From positions 1 to 64,000 of the forward strand of contig MU619309.1 of assembly GCA_025201805.1 (NCBI GenBank): a stretch of DNA of 64,000 nucleotides, in the 5' to 3' direction. The notes under the pieces were generated by a model. That model was given only the letters and a program-made list of their open reading frames with translations, was not told the DNA's origin and did not search any database. The position numbers were made by a program, and so were the translations under genes. Source of the stretch: Parasitella parasitica NRRL 2501. Taxonomy: Eukaryota > Fungi > Mucoromycota. Of the stretch, positions 40,547-52,883 are shown piece after piece; the first letter of the stretch is position 1; each line of letters begins with the position of its first letter.

Positions 40547-41865
40547 TTAATGTTTAGTGGGATGTTCGAAAACTGCGCTTTTCTGGATATCTGCTAGGCT
40601 CCTCACTCTCGTAAATCGACCAGCATGTTTTACTGAGGTACCATCTTCTTCCAACTGTCTTTGTAATAATGCCTCGCCTAAGCGTCTTCGTTTCAGCTCT
40701 TCTTGTTCATCGTCGCCACTGCCACTGGCAGCAGGGTTCCATTCAGCTGTTGATCTACCAAGCGTGTTTCTAAAGGTATCAGCAAGCAAGACAGCATCAG
40801 TAGAAGATAATTTATTATCATACGGAGTGAATGGCTGCGTGTAGGTCTGTCTTGAAGCAAGCGTGCCCACACTAGAAGCATTCTCTGCTGCACTCATTGG
40901 TACACTATCAGTTGATCGAAAGGCTGTCATTTTGGCTTGGGAGTTGAAAGATGCTGTGTCTTTGTACAACTGTTTTTCGTTGTTATTTCCGCTCTCGTCG
41001 TGTAGCTCATCTCCAGCACCACTGCCTCCACCAACACCTCCTACTCCAGCTGCAGCTGCTGGAAGCAGCTTGTTATTTCGTTTGTTTCGACGAGAAATGA
41101 GCATAGCCCATACGAGAGCGGTGGCACCGCAGATCAATGCGATAACTGCGATGACAATGATAGCGATAGCCCAGCTAGGTAACGCGGAGGAAGATAATGA
41201 ATCACCATTATTATTGTTATTTTTATCGTTACTTTTGCTGTTTGTTGAGTTTCTGGTATTGGCTATGTTTGTGGTGCTGTCACCAGGAGGTGCAAATTCT
41301 ATTTTGGTTGAAAATGAGTTTTGCAGACAAATCTTCTGATAATATTATATACTAACGAGTGATTGTGAAATTAAATGGTCGAGGAAACATGCTAGTTGGA
41401 CTAGCAAGTTCTTGAGCAGAATCAAGTGTTGAGGGCAGATAAAAGCCTAGCATTGTCCAATTTTTAGGTGGCTCTCCTGGTTCCAGTGGAGTGAGAAACC
41501 ATGAATCATCCACGGTTACTTCAATGCCACCAGTTTTCGTACTTAAATTTGTAAAGTTCTTGACATTTGTATATTCGAATTTGAGATAATAGTATAGGTA
41601 AAGGCTGATGGAATCCTAGTAATACATGATGTTAATATTAAGGGGGCGTGGGGGGGGGGGAGGAGAGTTGGGAAGGGGTTGTGGTGTCTTTTTCCTTACA
41701 TAGCCAACATAAAAAGGGTAACTAGCAACAGGGAGTAAGTATACTACTGTATAATGAAAAAAAAAAAAAAATAAGAAATACATACTTGAAATTCCACACA
41801 AAATCATGAGTAGAGCCGTTTGTCCACACATCTGTTGACAGTGGATAGCAAAAAGAATACTGATT
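40547..41865 (-). CDS. Type I single-pass membrane protein (Mid2/Psg1-like ectodomain); 5' end uncertain, possibly extending to ~42135
   Basis: Spliced exons FCYPLSTDVWTNGSTHDFVWNF / YPFYVGY / DSISLYLY...PRPFNFTI, an N/S-rich linker, TM segment LPSWAIAIIVIAVIALICGATALVWAMLI followed by RRNKR. Confidence 0.6.
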
Positions 41866-42460
41866 GCCTTGATCGGAACATGATTTGGCTTGATCAGAGA
41901 GAGCTTTTATTCAAATAAACATCAGAAACATATTCTTGTAGTGTTCATATAATTGGAATTACCACTCTGCATATGTACGCTGTTCAGAATAGAGAAATGA
42001 AAAGAGGAAAGAAAAAGAGGTAGTAGTATTTCGAGTTGTTATATTAGATCAATGTTGTTAAAAATAGAAAATTACACACTCAAAAAAAACAGCAACACGC
42101 ACACGGCACTTTGGATCTGTAAAATGGCTTTCAAGCTGTTGTATATATTTATAGGAAAGAGAAGAGGGAAAAAAGGCGAAAAAGAGCAGAGTCTTGCCTC
42201 GTATCCCAAGAGCAATTTATTTTGGAAACAAGGAGGCATTTGGATAAAGTATAGTATTATAATCAATCTTGTACAACAGATATGAAGGTGTATAAACAGC
42301 GCCTATTTCAGTCTCCACTTTGAACAGGCTCTTCATCAGCTTGAATCCAGCATTTATGATTATCAAATTTGTATTAGAAATATCATTTTCCTCACCCTCA
42401 CAGGCTTTCTTTCTTTTCTTTTCTTTCCTTTTTTTTTTTGCTTTTCTACGGCTAAATAAA

Positions 42461-43996
42461 ATGGAACAGTACTTGTTACAGCAAGGAAGTAAAGTCAAGA
42501 TTGATAATAACATATTTGTTACTTCAAATTACACAACTGCAGGAACAACACTTTTAACGCAAGCGCCATTGGCCTCGGTGCCGTTCCCTTCGGAACGATT
42601 GGACCGATGTAACTACTGCTTGCGAAAAGGGAATCTCCAATGTTGCTCAAAATGTCACTCTGCATATTTTTGCAGCCAGGAATGCTTCTTGAAATCATGG
42701 ATACATTTTCATCGAGGTTTATGCGGCCTGGCCGATTATAGCAAAGACGCCCTGCTAAATGTAGATCAGTGGTTATTGGACCGCACTGCATTAACCTTGG
42801 CTAGTTTTGACACATTACCGACAAAGACAAATGTCCAAATACTGGCACTCAATCAATTGGAAGTTGTAGCAGCAAACGATACTGTGGATCGGCTACTTGT
42901 ACAAAGCGCAAAGGAAAAACTTGGCGCAATTGCACACTACACACTTTCAGAACTATCCATATTATGGCAGCGCGTCCAAATCGCATCATTTCCAATCACA
43001 GACTCTGACATGCAGCTGGACCCTGTCGCCGTGGGCATTTATCCCATCACCAGCCAGTACGTCCGTCATTCATGCCGTCCTAATGCAAGCGTTATTTATG
43101 AACAGGGTCATCAGCTCATAATCGCTCTAGAAGATATACCTCAAAATGCACCCATCACTATCAGCTATGTCGATCTTATCGCTACAAAAAGCCAAAGACA
43201 GGAAGCATTAAAAGCAAGATTTGGCTTTGATTTCCATTGTGATTGTATCCGGTGTCAAGGAGACTATGCAGGACTCGATCGTTTGTTAGAAAGAGATACG
43301 GACATGACAGATGAGCACATCGAGCAAACACTGTTGCAGCAATTAAAAGCTTGGAGTGTGTTGGAGATGGTTAGAGAATACGGGAGCAAAGACGTTGCTA
43401 TGCCATTAGAGAGCCTGGATGCACCACATCTAGCTCATTTCATCTGCAGAATGATTGCACCCGACATTTACGTGCCAGCGTTCAGTAACAAGAGATCAAC
43501 AGCGGCTATGTACTACGATAAATTGTCGCCACTAACGCAGTTAAAATACACTTGCGATGAGGATGCTCGGCGCATTTTACCAGCCATTGAAGCGTTGTTG
43601 GGTATACCGCCAACGCCATTTCTGACTATCCGAGCAGTCAAAATTGCAGAAAAAGTGCTCTCACGATGCATATCAGAATCGAAATGGGTGGAAGCTTCGC
43701 GCTGTACAATATATTTATACATGCTCTATCGATTGGTGTACCCCACACTCTACCCCAAGATGGTCTATCATAGTTTACTCATGGCAAGAGCATGTTGGAA
43801 CTCGTTGGTGCAATTAGAATTGGCTGGGATAGGCAAGAAATTGGAGCGTATTTATGAAAAGGGTGTCCAGTTGTGGATTGAGGCAGCGAAAGCTTCTATT
43901 TCAATGACATTTGGACGAAATTCTTTGCTGTGGAGAGAAGTTGCAGAGATACAATGGCTGTTTGAAAGAGACCAAAAACTGAAGCTAACGTGCTAG
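42461..43996 (+). CDS. SET and MYND domain protein (SMYD-like), intronless
   Basis: MYND finger CNYC...CSKCHSAYFCSQEC...H...C; SET-like RHSCRPN and ITISYVD; post-SET FHCDCIRC. Confidence 0.88.
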   Translation: MEQYLLQQGSKVKIDNNIFVTSNYTTAGTTLLTQAPLASVPFPSERLDRCNYCLRKGNLQCCSKCHSAYFCSQECFLKSWIHFHRGLCGLADYSKDALLNVDQWLLDRTALTLASFDTLPTKTNVQILALNQLEVVAANDTVDRLLVQSAKEKLGAIAHYTLSELSILWQRVQIASFPITDSDMQLDPVAVGIYPITSQYVRHSCRPNASVIYEQGHQLIIALEDIPQNAPITISYVDLIATKSQRQEALKARFGFDFHCDCIRCQGDYAGLDRLLERDTDMTDEHIEQTLLQQLKAWSVLEMVREYGSKDVAMPLESLDAPHLAHFICRMIAPDIYVPAFSNKRSTAAMYYDKLSPLTQLKYTCDEDARRILPAIEALLGIPPTPFLTIRAVKIAEKVLSRCISESKWVEASRCTIYLYMLYRLVYPTLYPKMVYHSLLMARACWNSLVQLELAGIGKKLERIYEKGVQLWIEAAKASISMTFGRNSLLWREVAEIQWLFERDQKLKLTC

Positions 43997-44361
43997 AAAA
44001 AAAAACACCATGGTAACGAGAGGGTTCTGAGAAGTGTTTTCTTGGTGATCGTTGCAAATGAATCCAAGTCGTTTTGCAACCTTGGAATATTTGCTCAAGG
44101 ATTGGTACAACTGACAATATGCGAATTTTAATAAAGAAAAATCCCACGAATATTGTATTCATGTGATGTAACTCTTGTGATATTAACCTTATTTGGGACC
44201 TGAAGAGATAAGATAATAGCGTCTGCACTAGCATGAATGTAATACATACTTTGCGTTTCATGGCGATTACTTGTTTGTTTATAAATGTGCGTGCTTTTTT
44301 CCCCTTCTTCTGTTCGTTTCTTCCCTCTTTTTTTTTTGACTATTATCTGATACAAAAGCAC

Positions 44362-47089
44362 ATGTCCATCTTAAAGGTATTTGCGTCTAGATTCTAACAA
44401 TATGCAGATGTGTTGAAATATCTGTCCGTGTATATAGTACGCTGCGTCTTCCCCTTCAAGACTTCTTTGGCCATCAATCCAGAGGAATACACATTCGGGC
44501 ATCAGGCTGTTCTCCCTTGATTCCCAGCAGCAGCAAACTATGGGCCTAGTTTACGAGAAGATTGATGATAATATCATTACCGTGAAAAAGAGGTATGTCA
44601 CGTATTGTACAAAAGAACAAAGAAAATGCCAACAAAGGCCATAGGTTAAACCGCCCCTTGACGTTATCTGAGAAAATTCTATACGGGCATTTGCATGAAC
44701 CCCACACTCAGGAAATCGTGCGAGGATCTTCTTACCTGAAGCTCTTTCCCGATCGCATTGCTTGCCAAGACGCCACTGCTCAAATGGTTCTCTTACAGCT
44801 CATGGCTACCGACATTTCTCGAGTCCACGTCCCTACCACAATCCACAGTGACCATTTGATCGAAGCACAGCGAGGGGGCAAAGCCGATTTATCTCGAGCC
44901 AAGTATATCAACAAGGAGGTGTACGATTTCTTGGCTAATGCATCTGCCAAGTACGGTATTGGATATTGGAAAGCAGGATCTGGTATAATGCATCAAATTT
45001 TACTCGAGAATTACGCATTTCCTGGCGGACTCATGATAGGCACTGATTCTCACACTTGCAATGCGGGCGGCTTGGGCATGCTGGGCATTGGTGTAGGCGG
45101 CTCTGATGCTGTAGATGTGATGGCTGGCAAAAGCTGGGAGTTGAAATGTCCAAAAGTCATTGGTATCAAGCTAAACGGTCATCTTTCGGGCTGGGCGTCG
45201 CCAAAAGACGTTATTTTGAAGATAGCCGGTATACTTAGTGTGAAAGGTGGTACAGACAGCGTGTTGGAGTATTTTGGAGAAGGCGTCGAGTCGATTTCTT
45301 CCACAGGTATGGCAACTATCTGCAATATGGGTGCTGAGGTAATGATAAAATACGTAATTGGTTGAAAAAAAGCATTTATGTTGTGTATGTTGCCCTATTA
45401 GGTTGGTGCTACATCCTCCGTATTCCCATACAATCAACGTATGAGCGACTTCTTAAAGGCCACGGATAGACAACAGGTTGCTGGTTCAGCAGAAAAGTAT
45501 GCGCGTAACTTGCAAGCAGATGAAGATGCCATGTATGATGACTTGATTGAAATCGACCTTTCAACATTGGAACCTCATGTGAACGGCCCGTTCACCCCCG
45601 ACTTGGCGACGCCTTTGTCTTTGTTCAAAATGCGTGCGAGACAAGAAGGCTGGCCTGAAACACTTAGCGCTTCACTTGTTGGCTCAGATACAAACTCGTC
45701 TTATGAAGACATGAGCAAATCTGCCTCCATTGTGCAGCAAGGTTTGAACAAGGGACTTAAATCAAGAGTACCGTTCTTGGTAACGCCAGGATCTGAGCAA
45801 CTAAGAGCGACTCTGGAGCGTGATGGACAATTGAGTTTATTTGAGCAAGTAGGCGGTACCACCTTAGCTACAGCATGTGGCCCTAGTATCGGTCAATGGG
45901 ATCGCAAACAAACTTTGCAAGGGGAAAAGAATTCAATTATGATTTCTTATAATAGAAATTTTTCTGGAAACAACGATAGTAACCCTAACACTCACGGGTT
46001 TATAGTATCTCCCGAGGTAACTGTTATGGAATGGTTCACATGTGTACGAAGATGACTAAGGAAACTTATGCTTTAGATTGCAACAGCCATGGCATTTGCT
46101 GGAAAAATTACATTTAACCCTATGACAGACTCCATGGTGGGATCAGACGGAATCCCTTTCAAATTTAAGGCACCTACCAGTCCTGATATTCCGCCCAAGG
46201 GCTATGCCGCTTACAGCACTGACATGTACCAAGCTCCTCCAGAAGATGGCTCGGATATCGAAATCAATATCAATCCTCACTCGGACAGACTTCAGATTTT
46301 GCCTCGATTCCCTGCTTGGGACGGAAAAGATTTCGAATCATTACCTATTTTGACCAAAATCAAAGGAAAATGTACCACTGATCACATCTCCATGGCAGGC
46401 AAATGGCTCAGATATCGTGGGCATCTAGAACACATATCCAACAACCTCTTGATTGGGTCTACAAATTCAGAAGGTCAAGTCAATCAGTCTGTCAATGTCT
46501 TTACAAACGAGACAGCTTCTATTCCCGAAACAGCCCGCGATTATAAAGCTAGAGGCGTATCCTGGGTCATCATTGGCGAAGAGAATTATGGTGAGGGTTC
46601 ATCTCGTGAGCATGCTGCTATGGAACCAAGATATTTGAATGGTCTCTCGGTCATTGCAAAGGTAAATAGCAGTTGTTAAAAGACCCTCTGAAAAGATAGA
46701 ACATTGACCGTTCTTACTCTGTATATACGCAGTCTTTTGCTCGTATTCATGAAACCAACCTGAAAAGAAATGGCATTCTGCCACTCACTTTTAGTGTTCC
46801 GGATGATTACGAGAAGATTGACCCTTCTGATAGAGTCAGTATTGTTGGCCTGACTAATATCAAACCAGGAAATCCCTTGACATTGCGATTGCATAAAAGC
46901 ACAAACACTACGATCGATATTCCTTTAACTCATACATTTAACCAAGGTAAAAAAAAAAAAAAAAAAATCAAAAAAATCAACGATCTTCAGGAACTACTTA
47001 ACACTAACATCTTTGATACGTATTATATAGAACAACTTGAATGGTTTAAACAAGGTTCAGCTTTGAATGCGATGACTCTTGATAAATAA
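44362..47089 (+). CDS. Mitochondrial aconitase paralog with non-canonical Fe-S ligand positions, 7 exons
   Basis: [65 protein letters not shown]; introns 44377-44437, 44593-44644, 45339-45401, 46017-46076, 46662-46732 and 46947-47030 give an uninterrupted ORF. Confidence 0.93.
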
Positions 47090-47099
47090 TAAAATTGAT

Positions 47100-48890
47100 G
47101 TATAATAGTCCTTTTAAATCTGAAGATTTCTTGAAAGGAAGCTGGTTGAGCATAAAAAGCTTCATTTGATATCGCGGCGATATTGAGGAGTGTTTCATTT
47201 GTCGCATCCACATGATTAGCTAATCGGCGAAGAGGTTCAAACTACCACATAACGAAAGATCGAAGACAACACTATTGACATAGAGGAGGTGATCAATGAA
47301 CTTCGAAGCACGTATTTGCAGTTGTAAGATGATGGCTTTTTGCTTCTTTAGTTTCCTGACATAACCAAATCATCGATTGTACATTTTGTGTTTTTATTAC
47401 TTGCTCCGCGTAAATTACAGAGTTTTGAGTGTAATCAAGCGGCAGGCGCAATCATCAATTATATAAGATATGAAGGATAAGATACGAAGAATAAAGTATA
47501 AAATGGATAAAGGATAATATAAAATAAAATAAAAATTATAAAAAAAGAAAGTATAGAGAGAGAGCCTATAAAGAAGCATGAACTTGATCTTCGTCGATCA
47601 ACTTGGAGATGTCGAGTCGGATACTGTTCATTACGGCAGCGGTTTCGAAAGCCTTCTGGTTAAAGACAAACCGGTAGTGAGCCCTCCAAATGTTAGCCAG
47701 AGTACAACTGTACATTTTGATTAAGCTGCAAGTTTAAATTTGTCGCTGTAGATCTTTTCGGAACTGGACGAGGCCCTAGCAGCTTCAATATGGCATGGGT
47801 CAACAACCTTGGATACCTTGCATACAATTCTACCGTCAACTTTATAGCTTATAGTATGCGGCTTATTGTCATTGTTTATACGCTTTACTGCAGTGGTGGT
47901 ATCAATTGACCTTTCTTCCCAATTGACATAGAGTTCAGAACTATTTCCAACCAAAAGTTCCAAGTTCCATAGCTTCATTAAAAAATCGGATTCGCTGATT
48001 TTGTTGGTTGGGTTTGTAAAAATGTATGTGCGTTCTCTGTATGCGTTGATGCTAGAAAATAGAACACAAGTCAGAAACTGCTCATATTAAAAAGAAGCTG
48101 TACTTACATATGGCCAAGGGCTTTAAAAATCCACTTATCAGCAGAGTGTACACCTCTTATGCTTTCAATAGCAATGTAGTAAGCTTCTTCTTCTTGTCCG
48201 CTCTTGATTTCCTTTATTATCTTTTCTACTTTCTCTTTGGTGGCATTAGATAGGTTTGGAAGGTGCTTTAATTTTTTTGATCCAAGCTCTTTTTGATTAC
48301 TAAGATCAAGGACACCATTAAGACAGAAGCCACAAAGCGAGTGCTCTTCAGCTGACAACGAGTTATAAACTTCATAGAGCTGTTTGCCATAAGACTTAAA
48401 TATTGATGAAATAGAGCGATCGTAAAAAAAAAAGATAATGCTATCGCCTTCCACAACATTCTAAAAAATACAAGTTGTCAGTAGATTGTTTTCTTGCAAA
48501 TAAATATCATGACCTACTTGATTGGCGAGCGACTGTGAGCTTCTTGATGCCGTTGTACTTTTGGAACTTGAGGCTCTCTTCCTTGTGTATATTTCATACA
48601 ACTTATTTTCATAATCGGCTTGTTATAGAACTGCTTTTTATCTTGGTATAAGATCCAGAATTCATCAACCTCATTTGCATTCATCAACTAGTTGAAATAT
48701 AAAAAATATGAATGTTAGATAATCGTGTTATAGTATTCAAATTAAAATGAAGCTAATATTACAAGAAAATTTTGGTCAACTTGTTCATGAATCAACTTGC
48801 TTACCACTGGATCTATAGCAGCTGGATAGAATGAGGCATTTTGTAAATCTTCTTCAAACTTATTTGCGACTTGTTCCCTTGACATCCTTC
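47100..48890 (-). pseudogene. Pseudogene of a Mucorales restriction-endonuclease-fold (PD-(D/E)XK-like) family protein, interrupted by a LINE
   Basis: SESDFLMKLW...SYKVDGRIVC...IEAARA...KIYSDKFKLAA*SKCTIDDL (the last part resumes beyond the LINE insertion); several stops. Confidence 0.55.
47389..47708 (-). mobile_element. 5'-truncated non-LTR retrotransposon (LINE) insertion with 11-bp target-site duplication
   Basis: ORF2 C-terminus CTLANIWRAHYRFVFNQKAF...HASL* (stop 47566-47568), pyrimidine-rich 3' UTR, AATAAA; flanked by TGTACATTTTG at 47378-47388 and 47709-47719. Confidence 0.85.
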
Positions 48891-48989
48891 CACATAAGTT
48901 GTTGTAGTAATAGCTGTAATCAAACTCAATAATTGCATGGATAAGATATCCTATTGAATTTGAAAAAGAGACTACACCGTCTAACATTG

Positions 48990-49390
48990 TTTAGTATGGA
49001 AGAAAGTCGCACTTTACAGTACATACTCTCTTTTAGGAATTCGGAATGCTCTTCCCTAAGTTTAATAAGCTCTTCCTTTCTTCCTCCTCTCGGCAAATTT
49101 TCTAATTTTCCTCGCTCAACAAAACGCTCAATAACGCCATCTACAGTGCTCTAATTAAGCTTGAACTGCCTTGCTACTTGTGCTTTACTCGAATCATCAT
49201 CGAAGAATTTTTCAATGATGATTTCTTTTAGGTGCTTAGCAATCACTCTATTCTTTCGCTTCTGAATTAGAGATGGGACTATGGTCTTCTTGGTAACTTT
49301 AGAAGAGGGTTTCCTAGTGGCTGTCCTGTTTTGTTGTTGATAGATATTGGAAAATAGAGACAGTACGGTAGTATAAAAAGTTTGATACAT
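48990..49390 (-). mobile_element. Tc1/IS630-like transposase N-terminal HTH remnant
   Basis: KEIIIEKFF...SKAQVARQFKLN*STVDGVIERFVERGKLENLPRGGRK: HTH plus a GRP-like motif, with an in-frame stop; no DDE domain seen. Confidence 0.55.
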
Positions 49391-52300
49391 GTATATTTAA
49401 GGCTTTTCTTGGACTTGTTTAGGTGACTATCTCAAAGTTGATTTTCTTGTTTTGAATGAAAAATTCCTCATATCTATTTTTCTCATGCTGTTGTGCAGAG
49501 ATCTTTATTTAAGCATTTAGGAAAACAGCTGACAGAATGCTGGATGAAATTCATGTTGAAGGACGTCCGAATATAAGGTTAAAAAAAAAAGTGTCAATTT
49601 TTTTGTGTAAAAGAGCCTGGTCAATTTAGTCTAAATCTTTCTCAAAAAAAAAATTGGTCGGAAGCACTATTGAATACAAAAAAAATGAAGAGATCAGCTG
49701 CTGACTTTTCATGTAATCTTTACATAGTGCATGTGTGCGTGAGAGTTATGAAGGCATTTTCCTGACCACTAAAGATATGGGCAGTTTTACACGTTCAGCT
49801 AGTGGCTGATGACAGACAGATACGCTTATAATGATTGAATAAAATCTACAGTGTCCCTAAATAAAGCATTTACACACAAAAATGCATTTACCTTGTACAG
49901 ACTGATATTATTATGATGAATTCGTGCATGGCGCATTATTCCCAGGCCAAAAGAAACAATGGATGCGCTTTAATGAATTCTATAAAGAAAAGACATATGA
50001 TAATGTTTACACAATATGGCTCTCAATCATTCTACCGCGTATTTACAGTGATATAAATGGATACTGGTGATACCTTCCTTTTCGAAAATGCAAAGAACTG
50101 CCTCTCTTTTTTTTTTTTTTTTTACACGTGAATGTCGTTTTAATACAATATTATTACAATATCATTACAGTTTATTACAAAAGATTACGCAAAAAAGTCT
50201 GTTCACTAATTTGTGCATGCATGCCACATGGAATAATCATGTATGTAGTTCACAATTTTATTAAAATACTATATACATGTGCATGTATGCAGCACCACAA
50301 ATGAACCCAAGAAAATGATTAGCTACTGTAGCTTTGACTCATATTATAGCATTATATTTCATAGGCTTTTCCCAGGTTGTTTCATAATGATTTGTTGTAG
50401 ACAGCCTTGTTGGCTTTCTTTTTTGGCAGCATCCCTGCCGCATCCCCTTTCTAAACGGAAAAAGGAAACAAATAAAGCGATTTTTCTGATAAGAAGGCGA
50501 CTATTTCAACAGTATAGGAGAAATCTGGGCCCTTCCATTGCAGATTTCAGGCTACACGAATTAAGATGCATGTTTTCCTTGTGATTTTCTAAAATCAATG
50601 GATAACGAATATTACTATGTATTTATAAATTTATTTGGTGCCTGGTTGCTATGGAGCTGAATTAATTTTAGTTTAGTGTGTACCTGGTTGCCATGCTCGG
50701 AAATTTAAGCGGGGTAAGCAAACCCGATCAAACATGCGATGCAGAACTGCCAAGGCAAATCAATTCAGGCACATATGCGACTTTCTCCCTATATGTAGTA
50801 TATTGAAACATAAACAATATACATGGTACATATTGTAAAACGTTTCTATATGTCTTGATACTAATCAAAGGTCTTTTCATTAGATTATTTATTTGATATG
50901 TAAGCTGGTTTAGATATGTATTGTGCACGGATCTATAATATTTGTAGAAATAAGGCAAATGTAAATGGGGTGAGAATAATTTGCCAATTTGATGTACACA
51001 GTAGTAGACAAACGAAACGTGATCTGTTTAGACGGATCTGTTACAGAGTCAAATATAGGATCGACGGCGAATAATACAGAAATATAAACAAAATATAAAT
51101 AGCCTTTAAACAAGTAAACACAATCAGCTGAATGCAAACGAAAAAGTACAATTCTTGACATACAAATACACATATACAAGCAAATACACGTATACGAACA
51201 AATATAATTATCCCACGGCATTCCTTGATACAATAAAATATAAATTGATGCAAGATGCATATATTGAAACCAAACCAAAGGCTTGTGTTAAGTTCGCGCT
51301 TTTTTTTTATATATAGAAAATGTATATTAAATATCATTTACATCATTTTGCGCATATAACGCATAGTTTTTTGTATACATAGTCCACCCCCCAAATATTT
51401 TTATTAGCTTTTAGCCGAATTGCGTAATAATTATCATCTTCCTACTGCTAAAACTATATTGAATAGTAGATTCTAGATAAGCAATGATGGCCGGTTGAGG
51501 TTATACACAAGAAGAAACTATATCCCGAAACCAATTCACGGTAAATTAAAGCTATCATGGGATGATTGGACTAGAATATAAGGAAAACAGAGATGAATAG
51601 TGTAACAGTCAGAGATGCTGCCCTCACAAGCTGCACGGTTATCATAAAACGAATACGTTTTAAGATAATAGTGGACGTGAACCAATATTCAACAGGATGT
51701 TTCTTCTTTTTTCCCCTTCTTTCGCTAAAATAACCTTCTTATTCTTCGACCATTTCTTCGACAGGGCACATCATGTATGCAATATGCTGTGCAATGGACC
51801 GCAACTCCGCGTACCCCATTTCCCTCCATTTTATCTGTTTGTTCTACTACTTGCAAACACAGGCGGAGTAGTTGAGGTTCTCAAAAATTATATCATTTGG
51901 CACCAGATTCAAAAATCAAAAGATTTTGCTTTTGTATACCCCAATTATAGATTAACTAGAAGAGAAATGATTCGTCATGATAATGAGTAATGCAAAGAGC
52001 GTCTCTAGTCATTATAGTAAAATAAAATTGTAAACAAAAAACGCACGAGCCAAGTTGTAGAATAAAAAGATGTAATGTTGGCAAAGTAACTTTAAAATCA
52101 TACTGTTTGGCTTCTAAAAGATTAAATCATTATCATCTTTTTCAAAACGGCTTATCTCTGATTTCTCATCGCTCAACTAATCAAGTTATCTATTGAGCAC
52201 AAGATTACATAGATTTCTTCTATTCTTTTTTTAAAAACAAATACACTATCGTAATAAAAAGAAGTGTGGCAGAGTTTATAAAATGTAACATGCAATTCTA

Positions 52301-52883
52301 TCACGGGTCGAGGTTTCTAAGAAACTGGCGTACAGAGTTCGAGTTTAAACTGTATAACACAAGGAGTCGGGGCCATTTGTTTTTGCTCCTTATGTCGTAA
52401 GTGATCGATCATAATACGGTTTATTGATTATAAGCAAAATGTTCTGCTGTTTTACGTGCAATGGGTGTCTTTTTTTATATGTATATATTTGCTAGTTTTT
52501 TGTATATTCCAATTACAAGGTAGAATCCCCGTGATCAAGCCTGTGATCTTGTGCTCATTTGTAAGACTTTAAAGTAGAAAAAAAAATGAGAAAAATGAGA
52601 GAGATGTATTAGCTTGGGGGGAGGGATGGGGGAGGACTTGTCCTTCTTTCACACATTGATTTGCTTGTGGAATGTGAAACATCTTTTTTAACTAAAATGT
52701 TATAAGCAGCAGCTTGCTTTCATTCAGAAACAGACACAAGCAGCATCAATTTATAGCAACACAATGAATAACCAAAAAAAAAAAAGAAGAAAAAAGCCAC
52801 TTGTATTTGTATAAATAAAGCGTCTTTCAACATTCCAAATTTTTGCTTTTTCACTTTCTTTCTCTTCTTTTATTTACAAAAAA

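Noticed and set aside
52301-52360. GTTCGAG and a short stem as a tRNA
   Set aside because: No cloverleaf or acceptor stem can be built; no tRNA or rRNA gene was recognised anywhere in the window.
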